Below, piece by piece: positions 26,882 to 38,511 of a stretch of 64,000 nt of DNA. Source of the stretch: Elusimicrobiota bacterium. Its GTDB lineage: Bacteria; Elusimicrobiota; Elusimicrobia; UBA1565; UBA9628. The position numbers and the translations under genes are program-made. The notes under the pieces were generated by a model that saw only the letters and a program-made list of their open reading frames with translations, was not told the DNA's origin and did not search any database. The stretch covers positions 59,000-122,999 of the forward strand of contig JACPFR010000044.1 of the NCBI GenBank assembly GCA_016182905.1, written 5' to 3'. How positions within the stretch are numbered: the first letter of the stretch is position 1; every line of letters begins with the position of its first letter.

Positions 26882-27480
26882 CTCCTAGTATTCCATTCGG
26901 CCGAACGGTAGCGTGATTCGAGTTCCAGACCTTTGGCGATCCATGACGGAAGAAGGTCGACCGAAGGTCGACCGAATTCGCGAGTGATCCCTTCGATGAT
27001 CGTCGCTTCGGGCACGCTGACCCGCAACGAGCCCTGATATAACCCTTTAACGCCTTTCTTACGCAAGGCCCCGCCTAAGATCTTCTTGTCGTCCGCGTCG
27101 ACGAGGTCGGCTTTTTCCGCCCGGGCGAAACAGCTGGCCGCGATCCCCGGCGCTTTGTCCTTGGGGCTCCACATCCCGTTGACGGTCCCGCGCGCCTTCA
27201 GGGCCTGATGGATCCCCCGGTGGATGTTCTTGTAGATCGTCTCCGGCGCGCACGTCCGGTCCCACGGGAACACGAGGCTGAAGGTGACGTCCCCGTCGTG
27301 ATGAACGATCCCCCCGCCCGTCGCCCGGCGCACGGGCGCTACGCCGGTCTTGCAGGCCGCCTTCGCGTCTTCATATCTCTGCGAGTAGCCGAACGTGCAG
27401 CCCTCGCCCTTCCACTCGTAGACGCGCAGGACGAGCGCGTCCGGCGGCGACTCGAGCAGCACGGCCTCGTCGAGAGCCAT
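26878..27480 (-). CDS. Lipoyl(octanoyl) transferase / BPL-LPL catalytic-domain protein (LipB-like)
   Basis: Start at MALDEAVLLESPPDALVLRVYEWK. Last gene of the gcv operon, consistent with lipoylation of GcvH. 200 aa. Confidence 0.65.
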   Translation of the reverse strand: MALDEAVLLESPPDALVLRVYEWKGEGCTFGYSQRYEDAKAACKTGVAPVRRATGGGIVHHDGDVTFSLVFPWDRTCAPETIYKNIHRGIHQALKARGTVNGMWSPKDKAPGIAASCFARAEKADLVDADDKKILGGALRKKGVKGLYQGSLRVSVPEATIIEGITREFGRPSVDLLPSWIAKGLELESRYRSAEWNTRR

Positions 27481-27512
27481 ATGGCCCGCCGCGTCGAGGA
27501 CGAGCCGGCGGC

Positions 27513-30330
<2,818 letters not shown>

Positions 30331-30344
<14 letters not shown>

Positions 30345-30732
30345 GCGCGGCCTCGGCTTTCAGGAACTCCTCGTACGCCGCCTCGGTCATGAGCTTCGCC
30401 GCCTCGTCGGGAGCGGACGCCTTGAGCTTGAACAGCCAGCCCTTGCCGAAGGCCTCGGCGTTGACGAGCGCGGGGTCCTTGACGACGTCCGCGTTCACCG
30501 CGGTGATCTCGCCGGAGACCGGGGCGTAGATGTCGAAGGCGGCCTTCACCGACTCGACGACGCAGCACGCCTCGCCCTGCTTGACCGTGCGGCCGACCTT
30601 CGGGGGTTCGACGAAGACCACGTCCGTGATCTCCTTCTGCGCGTGGTCGGAGATGCCCACCGTGCCCGCGTCGCCCTGCAGGTCCAGCCACTCGTGCGAC
30701 TTCATGTACATTAATTTCTTCGGATCGAGCAT
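30331..30732 (-). CDS. gcvH: Glycine cleavage system H protein
   Basis: HEWL ... VGISDHAQ ... lipoyl-lysine motif ESVKAA. 133 aa. Confidence 0.9.
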
Positions 30733-30735
30733 AAA

Positions 30736-31854
30736 TCAGGCCCCCTTCTTGAGGTTAGGTGAGATGTAAAACGGCGTTTTGACGATCTCCGCGGCGATGT
30801 CCCGTCCGTGAAGTACGACCGAGACTTTCGTTCCCGGCGGGAGGTCCGGTCTATCAAGGTACCCCGTCCCGATGCCCGCCTGCAGGCTCGGCGAGTACGT
30901 CGCCGAACAGAACTTCCCGATCTCCTTGCCGTCCAGCATGACCGAGGCGCCCGCGCGCGGCACGCCGCGCTCGAGCAGCTTCACGCCGGTGAGCTTCTTC
31001 TTGATGCCCTCCGCCTTCTGCTTGACCAAGGCGGCCTTGCCGATGAAGTCGCCCTTGTCCAGCTTCACGACCCAGCCGTAATTGGCCTCGAAGGTGCTGA
31101 GGTCGTCGTCGAGGTCCTGTCCGTACAGGAGGTAGCCCGCCTCGAGGCGGAGCACGTCGCGGGCGCCGAGGCCGCACGGCGCCGCGCCGAGCGAACGGCC
31201 CTGCGCGAGCAGGTCCTCCCAGACGCGGACGACGATCTCGCTGGGCACGATGAACTCGCAGCCGTCCTCGCCGGTGTAGCCGGTGCGGGTGATGAAGGAG
31301 GGCTGCCCGTACAGCTCGAGCTCAAGCGCGCCGAAGCGCGGCAGGGACGCCATCGCGGGGGCGATCATCGACGCGATCTCGGCCGCCTTCGGACCCTGGA
31401 CCGCGATCATGCCGTAGAGGTCGGACTTGTTCTCGAGCTTCACGTCGAAGCCCTTCGCGTGCTTCTGGAACCAGGCGAAGTCCTTGTCGGCCGTGGCCGC
31501 GTTGACGACGATCAGGTAGCGGTCCTTGGCGAGGCAGGAGACGATGACGTCGTCGACGACCCCGCCCTTCTCGTTGGGCAGGTGGGAGTAGATCGCCTTG
31601 CCCGGGCCGATGCGGGAGATGTCGTTGGCGTTGACCTTCTGAAGGAAGGCGAGCGCGCCGGGGCCCGTCGCGAACACCTGGCCCATGTGGGAGACGTCGA
31701 ACAGGCCGCAGCGGTGGCGCGCGGCCTCGTGCTCCTTCATGATCGATTCGTACTGGACCGGCAATTCCCACCCGTGGAAATCGACGATCTTACCGCCCAG
31801 GTTCTTGTGGCTTTCGTACAGCGCCGTGCGACGCGCGACAGCCGAGGTGGACAT
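30736..31854 (-). CDS. gcvT: Glycine cleavage system T protein (aminomethyltransferase)
   Basis: TALYESH ... VDFHGWELPVQY ... GLFDVSHMG. 372 aa. Confidence 0.9.
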   Translation of the reverse strand: MSTSAVARRTALYESHKNLGGKIVDFHGWELPVQYESIMKEHEAARHRCGLFDVSHMGQVFATGPGALAFLQKVNANDISRIGPGKAIYSHLPNEKGGVVDDVIVSCLAKDRYLIVVNAATADKDFAWFQKHAKGFDVKLENKSDLYGMIAVQGPKAAEIASMIAPAMASLPRFGALELELYGQPSFITRTGYTGEDGCEFIVPSEIVVRVWEDLLAQGRSLGAAPCGLGARDVLRLEAGYLLYGQDLDDDLSTFEANYGWVVKLDKGDFIGKAALVKQKAEGIKKKLTGVKLLERGVPRAGASVMLDGKEIGKFCSATYSPSLQAGIGTGYLDRPDLPPGTKVSVVLHGRDIAAEIVKTPFYISPNLKKGA

Positions 31855-31932
31855 ATGACTAAATTAGCATTTAGCAATAAGTCCGACAATGACCGCGGCC
31901 ACCGCCCGCGACGGCGCCGGATTCGCCGTTTT

Positions 31933-31946
31933 ATGACCATGGTCAT
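31933..31946. promoter_or_regulatory. 14-bp perfect palindrome ATGACCATGGTCAT in the divergent gcvT / 31999-gene intergenic region
   Basis: Seen directly in the sequence, centred on CCATGG. Lies in the gcvT 5' leader on the minus strand. No glycine riboswitch consensus was found here. Confidence 0.35.
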
Positions 31947-31998
31947 GGTCGAGGCGCGGGCAGGGCCTTCATACTAACGAGAAGCGAACAGGAGAACC

Positions 31999-33159
31999 AT
32001 GAACTCGAATCCCTCCGTTTCGGCCCCGGCGCGCGCGATCGGAAGCCTGCTGCTGGCGCTGGCGCCGTTCGCGCCGCCGGCGGCGGCCCAAAGCACGCGC
32101 CATTACGAGGCCGCCGACCCGAACGCGTCCGGCGAGGACGCGAAGGCGTCGCCGGCCCCTGCCGCCGCGGCGTCGCGTCCGGCCCGCTCGGCCCCTCGCG
32201 TCTTTCGCGTCGTCCGGCCCGGAGGCATCCACGCCGAGGCGAACGTGGAGAGTTCGGCCCCGGTCATGGGCGAAGTCGAAGCCGTCGTCGGAGCCGGCAT
32301 CGGTACCGGCGCGAAGGACAAGAGCCCCGGCGCCAATCCCGCGAGGCGCTACTGGGGCGGCTCGAACGGGGCCTCGACCGCTCCCGCGAAGCCGATCACG
32401 TCCTCCGGTCCCAGCGGCCCGGCGAAGCCGCCCAAACAAGGGATCCGCGTCGTCGACGACAAGAAGAACCCGATCGCCTCGGGCTCGTTCTTCGACACGC
32501 AGACCGTTTATTTCCAGATCTTCGGCTACGACGAGAAGGACACGTCCGTTTGCCTGGAGAGCCTGGTCATGAAGGGAGACCTATTAGGGGACTGCGCCGA
32601 TTTCGTGAAATTGCCCGACACGACTTACTCGATCAGCTACAACAACGGGAGATTCTCCTACGCCAACGGGATATGGGAAGCGAGGTACAAGAGCATCTAC
32701 TGGTACGACACGCTGCGCATCTCAGTGACCAACTCGAAGGGCGAGAAGTCGGTCAAAACGTTCCGTACCACCGGCTCGGAAACGCACCCCTCCGCGCTGG
32801 GCCGCCACTTCGTCGACGGCAAGGTCAAGAACTCGCCGTACAAGAGAGGGGAGATCGTCGAGGTCCATATTTTCGGATTCGACGAGAAGGACGCTTTTGT
32901 CTGCACGCAGATCCGCGACGACGCGACCCATGCCGACATCGCCGTCTGCTCTCCGTACGCCGATTTCAGCCGCTTCACGAAGCTGCCGGGCCAAAACTGG
33001 TCCTATCAAAACGGCGCTTGGGTCAAGAAATTCAACACCAACGACATGAGGCTGGATACGACCTATTACGTGCGCCTCAGGAACTCGAAGAACGCCGAGT
33101 ACGCGGACATGCTGCAGTTGATGAGCCACCCCCCCGGCTTCGTCGTGGGGCCGAACTAG
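31999..33159 (+). CDS. Secreted protein with two tandem copies of a roughly 70-aa Cys-containing domain; C-terminal half in a low-GC segment
   Basis: Signal peptide present. Internal repeat: FFDTQTVYFQIFGYDEKDTSVCLE...LPDTTYSISYNNG versus IVEVHIFGFDEKDAFVCTQI...LPGQNWSYQNGAW. GC falls to roughly 55% over 32450-33160. Confidence 0.55.
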   Translation: MNSNPSVSAPARAIGSLLLALAPFAPPAAAQSTRHYEAADPNASGEDAKASPAPAAAASRPARSAPRVFRVVRPGGIHAEANVESSAPVMGEVEAVVGAGIGTGAKDKSPGANPARRYWGGSNGASTAPAKPITSSGPSGPAKPPKQGIRVVDDKKNPIASGSFFDTQTVYFQIFGYDEKDTSVCLESLVMKGDLLGDCADFVKLPDTTYSISYNNGRFSYANGIWEARYKSIYWYDTLRISVTNSKGEKSVKTFRTTGSETHPSALGRHFVDGKVKNSPYKRGEIVEVHIFGFDEKDAFVCTQIRDDATHADIAVCSPYADFSRFTKLPGQNWSYQNGAWVKKFNTNDMRLDTTYYVRLRNSKNAEYADMLQLMSHPPGFVVGPN

Positions 33160-33194
33160 CCGCGGCGAGGGGACATGGGCCGGGTTCCGGCGGC

Positions 33195-33506
33195 CTAGGA
33201 CTTCGCGAGGACGTCGAGGAGCACGCGCGCCAGGCGGCGGCGCTCCACCATGTCGTTCCAGCGCAGCTCGGCGAAGCGCGCGCCGTCGTCGTCGTCATAG
33301 GCGTGGTGCACGAGGGCGGGGATGAGCAGGCGCTCGCCGCCCAGCTCGAACTGGACGAGGACGGTCTCCCCCTTCGCGAGGCGGGCCGCGGTGGACAGCT
33401 CCGCCCCTCCGGCCGTTATCTTAAGGAGACGGCCCCAGGAATCCTGGCGCGCGGAGGAGCCCGGGAAGCGGAGCAGCGCCGGAACGAGGTAAGGGGCCCG
33501 CGTCAT
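33195..33506 (-). CDS. Small PilZ-like domain protein (putative c-di-GMP binding)
   Basis: 103 aa. RQDSWGRLLKITAGGAEL resembles the PilZ (D/N)xSxxG region. The RxxxR motif is not canonical. Confidence 0.4.
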   Translation of the reverse strand: MTRAPYLVPALLRFPGSSARQDSWGRLLKITAGGAELSTAARLAKGETVLVQFELGGERLLIPALVHHAYDDDDGARFAELRWNDMVERRRLARVLLDVLAKS

Positions 33507-34654
33507 CGCGGCTCCTCTTTATGCCGGACCAGACGCGCCGGACCCCGCCCGTCCTTCGCCTCGCCGACGGTCCAGAACCGCGCGCCGTCCCAGGAGACGC
33601 CGGTCGGGATGAAGTCGCCCTCGGCGTATTCGGGGAGCGGGAGGCCGTCGATGGGCTCCTCGGGGCGCTCCAGGGCGTAGCGCACGAGGCGGCGGTCGGC
33701 GGCGTCGAGCGTCCAGAGCGAACGGCCGTCGAAGACCAGGCCGGCGGGCTTCGAGCCGCGCCACCTGTAGGTCGCGAGCACGCTGAGCTCGCGGTCGACG
33801 AGGTGCTTGCGCAGGACCTTGGCGCGGGCGTCGAGCGTCCAGAGATAGAGGCCGTCGAAGGCGAGGCCCGCGCAGTTCGGCGCGGCCTTCGCGTACCGGG
33901 CGAGCGGGGTCATCTTGTCGTCGCGCATGCGGCGGATGACGGTGCCGTCGGCGGAGACCGTCCACATCGCCTCGGCGGTGAAGGCCGCGGCCACGGGCGT
34001 GTCCGCGGTCAGGTGGCGGACGACCCGGACGGCGGTGTCGTCCGGCGAGAGCGCGTAGAAGGATTGGGTGAACCACTCGACGAGCCACAGCGACTTGCCG
34101 TCGAAGGCGAGCCCGGCCGGATGGCGGACCGGGAGCTCCCAGCGGTCGACGCGGGCCGCGGCGGCGGCGCGGTTGGCCTCGACGCGCTTGAGCGAGGCGA
34201 CGCCGAGCCCTGCGGCCAGGAACAGGCCGACGGCCAGCGCGTACCAGATCGGCGAGCGGCTCAGGGGCGCGGCGCTCGCGACCGAGACGGCCGTGCCCTG
34301 GAAGCGCAGGCCCTTGGAGACCGAGGCCTTGAGGTCCTCGGGCGTCCACGGCGGGGCCACGACCTCGGCGGCGCCCACGCGCATCAGCGCCACGGCGCGG
34401 CTCGCGTCGCGCACCTTCAGCGCCACGACCACGGGCATGAGCGGGAAGGCGCGGAGCAGCTCGCGCGTCAGGCTCTCGGCGTCGGCCCCGCCCCCGTCGA
34501 CGAGCAGGAAGGCCTTCGTCTTGCGCTCGCGCGCGAACTCGAGCGCCTCCTCGAGGCGGCCGGCGCCCTCGGTCCGGTGGCCGAGCTCGCCGAGCATGAG
34601 CCCGAGGAGCTCCCGGTCCGCGGCTTCCTTCGCCAGCAATCCGATGGCGGCCAT
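33503..34654 (-). CDS. Membrane protein with N-terminal degenerate receiver-like domain, one transmembrane helix and C-terminal beta-propeller-like repeats (FDGxxLW)
   Basis: Pseudo-receiver: FLLVDGGG ... VVVALKV. TM helix IWYALAVGLFLAAGLGV. Repeats GLAFDGKSLWLVEW / GLAFDGLYLWTLD / GLVFDGRSLWTLD / GVSWDGARFWTVG. Confidence 0.55.
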   Translation of the reverse strand: MAAIGLLAKEAADRELLGLMLGELGHRTEGAGRLEEALEFARERKTKAFLLVDGGGADAESLTRELLRAFPLMPVVVALKVRDASRAVALMRVGAAEVVAPPWTPEDLKASVSKGLRFQGTAVSVASAAPLSRSPIWYALAVGLFLAAGLGVASLKRVEANRAAAAARVDRWELPVRHPAGLAFDGKSLWLVEWFTQSFYALSPDDTAVRVVRHLTADTPVAAAFTAEAMWTVSADGTVIRRMRDDKMTPLARYAKAAPNCAGLAFDGLYLWTLDARAKVLRKHLVDRELSVLATYRWRGSKPAGLVFDGRSLWTLDAADRRLVRYALERPEEPIDGLPLPEYAEGDFIPTGVSWDGARFWTVGEAKDGRGPARLVRHKEEPR

Positions 34655-34655
34655 G

Positions 34656-35996
34656 TCAGTTCGGCGCGGGGATCAGCAGCGAGGCGCCCTCGGCGGGCAG
34701 CCCGCGCTCGACCTTCTCCCGGTTCGCGTCGTAGATCTTCTCCCACAGGTTGGGGTCGCCGTAGTACTCCTTGGCCATCGTGCGCAAGGTGTCCCCGGCC
34801 TTCACCACGTGGCGCTTCGGCCACGCCGGCGGCGCCGGCCGCGCGCGGACCTTGATCTCGACGGGCTTCGGCCGGCCCATGAGGCCGGCGGCCTTCTCGG
34901 CGGCGCGGTAGTCGAGCTCGTCGTTGCGCTTGAGCAGGGCGCGGTACTCGTCCTGCGCCTCGGCCACGCGCTTCTCGAGCACGCGCAGCTGGCTCTCCGC
35001 CGCGGCTTTGTTGGTCTCGGCCGTGCCGGCCTGCTGGGACATCGTCTTCTGCTTCTGCTCGAGGTTCGAGAGATCCGTGCGCAGGGTCTCCGCCTGCGCG
35101 GCGGCCTGGCCGACGAACTGGCCGGTGAAGGACGGGGCGCCGAAGCGGTAGCTGAAGGTGGCCTGATAGCCGCCGCCGGAGCGGTTGAGGCCCGCGGTCG
35201 GCAGGGACATCGCGATGTCCAGGATCATCGGCGAGAAGTTCAGGCCGAGGCCGAACGCGAAGGTGCTCACCCCGTCGAGGTTCAGCCCCTTGCCGCCGCG
35301 CACGCGCAGCAGGCCCTGATGGAAGGTCGCCTCGACGCCGGGATAGAACTCCGCCAGGCCGCCGCGCACGCGGAAGTCGCCGGCGAAAGTGAGGCGGCGG
35401 CCCCAGGCGTACGCCGTCGCGAGCGTGATCGCCGGGCGGGGATACGCCAAGGAGGTGACGAAATCGCTGAGCACGATGCCCGCCGAGAGGCCCATGTTCG
35501 TGCGCGCGATCGCGCCGACGTCGAACCCGAGGCCGAACTTGCCGCCGCTGCCCGCGTCGGAGTTGACGATCTTGGCGTTGGCGCCGATCTTGAGGGGCTT
35601 CGAGAACGGGATCTGGCGGACCCGGTACTCCTGACTGTAGTTGAAGATCAGCGAGTCGATGTCGCCGCCGTTGCGCTGGCGCTCGAGGTGGTAGGCGGCG
35701 CCGATCGTGGCGGTGTTGATCGGCTCGTAGGGGCGCATGTAGGCGCCGGTGGCGAAGGACAACGGCCCCCGCGGCGACAGCATCCGGCCGATGGTGCCCG
35801 CGCCCTGCGTGTACGGGGTGTTCGCCGAGCCGGCGGGGTTGTAAAAAAGGCCGAACGCGTCGTCGGCGATCGCCGAATACGCGGTTCCCATGCCCATCGC
35901 CCTCGCGCCCGGCAGTACGTCGTTGTAAGCGACGGCTCCGGCGTCCGGAGCGGCCAGCGCGAGGACGAGGAGGAGCGCCAAAGCCCTTCTCGTCAT
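34656..35996 (-). CDS. Outer-membrane beta-barrel protein (FadL/PorV-like N-terminal NPA motif) with coiled-coil linker and C-terminal LysM domain
   Basis: Signal peptide present. GMGTAYSAIADDAFGLFYNPAG. C-terminal LysM HVVKAGDTLRTMAKEYYGDPNLWEKIYDAN. Confidence 0.6.
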   Translation of the reverse strand: MTRRALALLLVLALAAPDAGAVAYNDVLPGARAMGMGTAYSAIADDAFGLFYNPAGSANTPYTQGAGTIGRMLSPRGPLSFATGAYMRPYEPINTATIGAAYHLERQRNGGDIDSLIFNYSQEYRVRQIPFSKPLKIGANAKIVNSDAGSGGKFGLGFDVGAIARTNMGLSAGIVLSDFVTSLAYPRPAITLATAYAWGRRLTFAGDFRVRGGLAEFYPGVEATFHQGLLRVRGGKGLNLDGVSTFAFGLGLNFSPMILDIAMSLPTAGLNRSGGGYQATFSYRFGAPSFTGQFVGQAAAQAETLRTDLSNLEQKQKTMSQQAGTAETNKAAAESQLRVLEKRVAEAQDEYRALLKRNDELDYRAAEKAAGLMGRPKPVEIKVRARPAPPAWPKRHVVKAGDTLRTMAKEYYGDPNLWEKIYDANREKVERGLPAEGASLLIPAPN

Positions 35997-36044
35997 CTTG
36001 CGGATTATAGCCGTTAGCCATTACGGAATTAAGTATTGGACGCC

Positions 36045-36073
36045 TTGACAGGACGGCCCGCCCACACCATAAT
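36045..36073 (+). promoter_or_regulatory. Sigma70-like promoter TTGACA-17-CATAAT ending 6 nt before the ATG at 36080 (predicted leaderless)
   Basis: Hexamers at 36045-36050 and 36068-36073. Confidence 0.45.
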
Positions 36074-36079
36074 GAAGAC

Positions 36080-37000
36080 ATGAGCGAGGAGCACCCGCAC
36101 AAGACGAGCCGGCTCGGCGTGATCCTGGTCTTCATCGCCGTCGGCGGCTCGGCCGTCGGGGTGGCGGGCTGGCACCTCATGTCCAACCGCAGCGCCGGCC
36201 TCGACACCTCCGGCTTCGACATGAGCGCCGCGCCGGACCCCGCCCAGTCCGCCGCGCCGCCTTCGTTCCCGGCGCCCGGCCCCGCCGATCCCGCGCCGGC
36301 CCAGCAGACCAGCCTGGGCATGGTCAAGGGGGACGCGGGCATGCGCGTCGCCGGCCCCGGCGCCTCGACGCCCAAGCCGGCGGGCGCCTCCGGCGCGACT
36401 CCGAACCCGACCGACCCGCGGCAGGCGGCGGCGCTGAACTTTAAGGAGGCCGCGCTCAAGAACGAGAAGATCGTGGCCGCCTTCGTCCGGCGCATGGAGA
36501 AGAAGCACACGTCCATCACGCAATACGGCCGGGACTGGGCCGCGTCCCCCGAGCTGCGCGCCCTGCGCGACGCGTATTGGAAGGACAGGGATCCCTTGAA
36601 GTTCGCCTACGGCCTGGCCAAGTCGAACGATTTCAGCAAGCTGGTGAAGAAATACGCGGGCGATCCCGGGATCCGCGACGCCCTGGTCACGGGCATCAAG
36701 GAGGCGCCTCCGAGCCTGACGGCCGCGATCGGCGGGGTCGCCCAGAACGACGGCGTCGCGAAGAGTCTCGTAAGCACCGTGATCAAGGCCGTCGGCCTTC
36801 CCGCGAGCCTGACCGGCTTCCTCGACGGGGGCGAAGCCAAGGCCGTCAACCGGGATCAGGTCATGTCCGACATCATGAACTCCGAGGACATGAAGAAGGC
36901 CATGAAGAACCAGCCCGCCGCCGTGCCGCTCGACGCGAAGGACGCCGAGAAGGCCCCGGAAGCGGCGCCCAACGGATTCCGCCCCCTCGGCGGACGCTGA
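36080..37000 (+). CDS. Hypothetical membrane-anchored periplasmic protein
   Basis: N-terminal transmembrane helix (LGVILVFIAVGGSAVGVAGW), Pro/Ala-rich linker, helical C-terminal domain. 306 aa. Confidence 0.5.
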   Translation: MSEEHPHKTSRLGVILVFIAVGGSAVGVAGWHLMSNRSAGLDTSGFDMSAAPDPAQSAAPPSFPAPGPADPAPAQQTSLGMVKGDAGMRVAGPGASTPKPAGASGATPNPTDPRQAAALNFKEAALKNEKIVAAFVRRMEKKHTSITQYGRDWAASPELRALRDAYWKDRDPLKFAYGLAKSNDFSKLVKKYAGDPGIRDALVTGIKEAPPSLTAAIGGVAQNDGVAKSLVSTVIKAVGLPASLTGFLDGGEAKAVNRDQVMSDIMNSEDMKKAMKNQPAAVPLDAKDAEKAPEAAPNGFRPLGGR

Positions 37001-37015
37001 CCCCGACCGGGAAAA

Positions 37016-37053
37016 GGAAGGCCCGCCCTCGCGATCGAGGGCGGGCCTTTTTC
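37016..37053. terminator. Bidirectional Rho-independent terminator between convergent genes
   Basis: Stem GGCCCGCCCTCG-cgat-CGAGGGCGGGCC, flanked by an A-run upstream and TTTTTC downstream. Confidence 0.7.
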
Positions 37054-37068
37054 ACGCGGAGACGAGGG

Positions 37069-37305
37069 TCAGTTGTTCCCGGTGGTCTTGAGCGTGGTCG
37101 CAGGTTTGGAGCTGCTCGACGACTCGGTGTCGCCGATGCACTGGTTCCCCACCCTGTGCGTGCCGGCGCCGCATTTGTAGGACATCGGCTGGGACAACGA
37201 GGTCGAGGAGGTTTCTTCCGGCTGCTGCGAACAGCCGCTGCAAGCGGCCGCGCCCAGCATCCCGAGGCTGAGGATCACGGCGAAGAGTCTGTGTAGATTT
37301 TTCAT
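37069..37305 (-). CDS. Small Cys-motif lipoprotein (78 aa)
   Basis: Lipobox LGAAAC. Motifs CSGC ... CGAGTHRVGNQCIG. Paralog of 37318..37491. Confidence 0.5.
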   Translation of the reverse strand: MKNLHRLFAVILSLGMLGAAACSGCSQQPEETSSTSLSQPMSYKCGAGTHRVGNQCIGDTESSSSSKPATTLKTTGNN

Positions 37306-37317
37306 AAGCCTCCGGGG

Positions 37318-37491
37318 TTATTTCACCTTCCCGACGCACTGAGTTCCCTGGGCGACCGTTCCCGGTCCGCAGGTGACCGGCGGAGCCGCGGTCTGCTTCG
37401 CCTCCTCCGCGGGCATGCAGCCGCTGCACCCGGATAGGGCCATGGCTCCGAAGGAGACCACGGCGAGAACGATCAACGATAGGCTCTTCAT
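37318..37491 (-). CDS. Small Cys-motif lipoprotein (57 aa)
   Basis: Start at MKSLSLIVLAVVSFGAMALSGC with GGGAGA ribosome-binding site. Motifs CSGC ... CGPGTVAQGTQCVG. A TTGACA-17-TACACT promoter lies on the minus strand at 37530-37558. Confidence 0.5.
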   Translation of the reverse strand: MKSLSLIVLAVVSFGAMALSGCSGCMPAEEAKQTAAPPVTCGPGTVAQGTQCVGKVK

Positions 37492-37585
37492 GTCGATTCT
37501 CCCAAAACGTGACGCCTGCGTATGAAGACAGTGTATGCCCGCCAAGATGGGCTGTCAAGGCTTGCAAGCCCTTTTAATCGTTTTT

Positions 37586-38509
37586 TTACCGCGCTAAAAG
37601 GGCTTCCTGGAGGCGCCGGGACACCGAGCCCGGCAGCCACACGAGATGCAGGATCGCCGTGTAATGCCCCAAGGGGAGCCAGACCTGGCGGGAGTCGGGG
37701 AAGGCCTCCTTGAGCCTCAAGGCGTTGGCCCTCGGGATGACCGTGTCCGAGTTCACGTTGATCAGGAGGGCCTTCTTGCCCGCGTTGGACGCCTTGTAGT
37801 CCAAGGGGTCGAGGCCGGTCCAGGCCGTCCGAAGATCCCCCGCCTGGAGGCCCATCTTCTTGACGAAAGGCCCGCTCAACGAGCCGTTGAGCGCGATGCC
37901 CGGGAAATCGGCCCCGCCCATCACGAACACGCCGGCCGCCGGCCGCGGGTCCACGGACCACGTCACCGAGCCCACGATGGCGCCGAGGCTGATGCCGAAC
38001 AGGGCCACCCGCTCAGGGTCCACCTCGGGCCGGGCGGCGAGCACGCCGAAGGCCCGCCGCGCGTCCGAGACCGACTGGCGGAAGTTCCGCGCGAGCTGGC
38101 CGGTCGTACGCGCGAGGAAGACCTGGCCGCTCGGCATGGACGGATGCGGCCGGCGGTGGAACTGCGTGGGCATCTCGATCCACATGACGACGAGGCCGTC
38201 CGAAACGAAGCGGTCCACGAAACGCGTCTCGATCCAGACGTTCGGCGCGGCCATCACGGGAAGGACCAGCACCGCCGCGCCGCTCTTCCGCTTCGCCGCG
38301 TCAGGCACGGACAGGTGCGCCCAGACCGTGTCGTTGGCCGGCCACGGGCTCTTCGCCGCCGACGGGAACTTGAGCAGGTAGTCGGTCCGGCCCGGCGCCG
38401 TGCTGACCTCGACGATCGAGATCTTGAAGTCCTTGCCCGGCGCCGCGAGGCCCGCGGCCCCGGCCGGCGCGGCCAGCAGCAGCGCGAGCGCGGCGGCGGT
38501 CCCCGTCAC
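37586..38509 (-). CDS. Secreted alpha/beta-hydrolase (dienelactone-hydrolase / S9-like esterase fold)
   Basis: GISLGA nucleophile elbow. A GTG start 2 nt after the upstream outer-membrane-protein stop was chosen; it could instead start up to 99 nt upstream (MGQVHGP...). Confidence 0.55.
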   Translation of the reverse strand: MTGTAAALALLLAAPAGAAGLAAPGKDFKISIVEVSTAPGRTDYLLKFPSAAKSPWPANDTVWAHLSVPDAAKRKSGAAVLVLPVMAAPNVWIETRFVDRFVSDGLVVMWIEMPTQFHRRPHPSMPSGQVFLARTTGQLARNFRQSVSDARRAFGVLAARPEVDPERVALFGISLGAIVGSVTWSVDPRPAAGVFVMGGADFPGIALNGSLSGPFVKKMGLQAGDLRTAWTGLDPLDYKASNAGKKALLINVNSDTVIPRANALRLKEAFPDSRQVWLPLGHYTAILHLVWLPGSVSRRLQEALLAR

Positions 38510-38511
38510 GG

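Noticed and set aside
26953-26974. 11-bp tandem direct repeat AAGGTCGACCG x2.
   Set aside because: It lies in-frame inside the lipB-like CDS, encoding GRPSVDL. It is a coding coincidence of two SalI-like GTCGAC sites, not a repeat element.
31855-31998. Glycine riboswitch expected upstream of gcvT.
   Set aside because: The reverse-complemented leader lacks the GGAGAG, CACCGAAGG and GCAA core elements. Only a 14-bp palindrome is present.
37559-37590. 12-bp palindrome GGCTTGCAAGCC followed by a T-run, considered as a terminator.
   Set aside because: The T-run lies on the plus strand, where there is no upstream plus-strand gene. On the minus strand the region overlaps the -35 element of the lipoprotein promoter instead.
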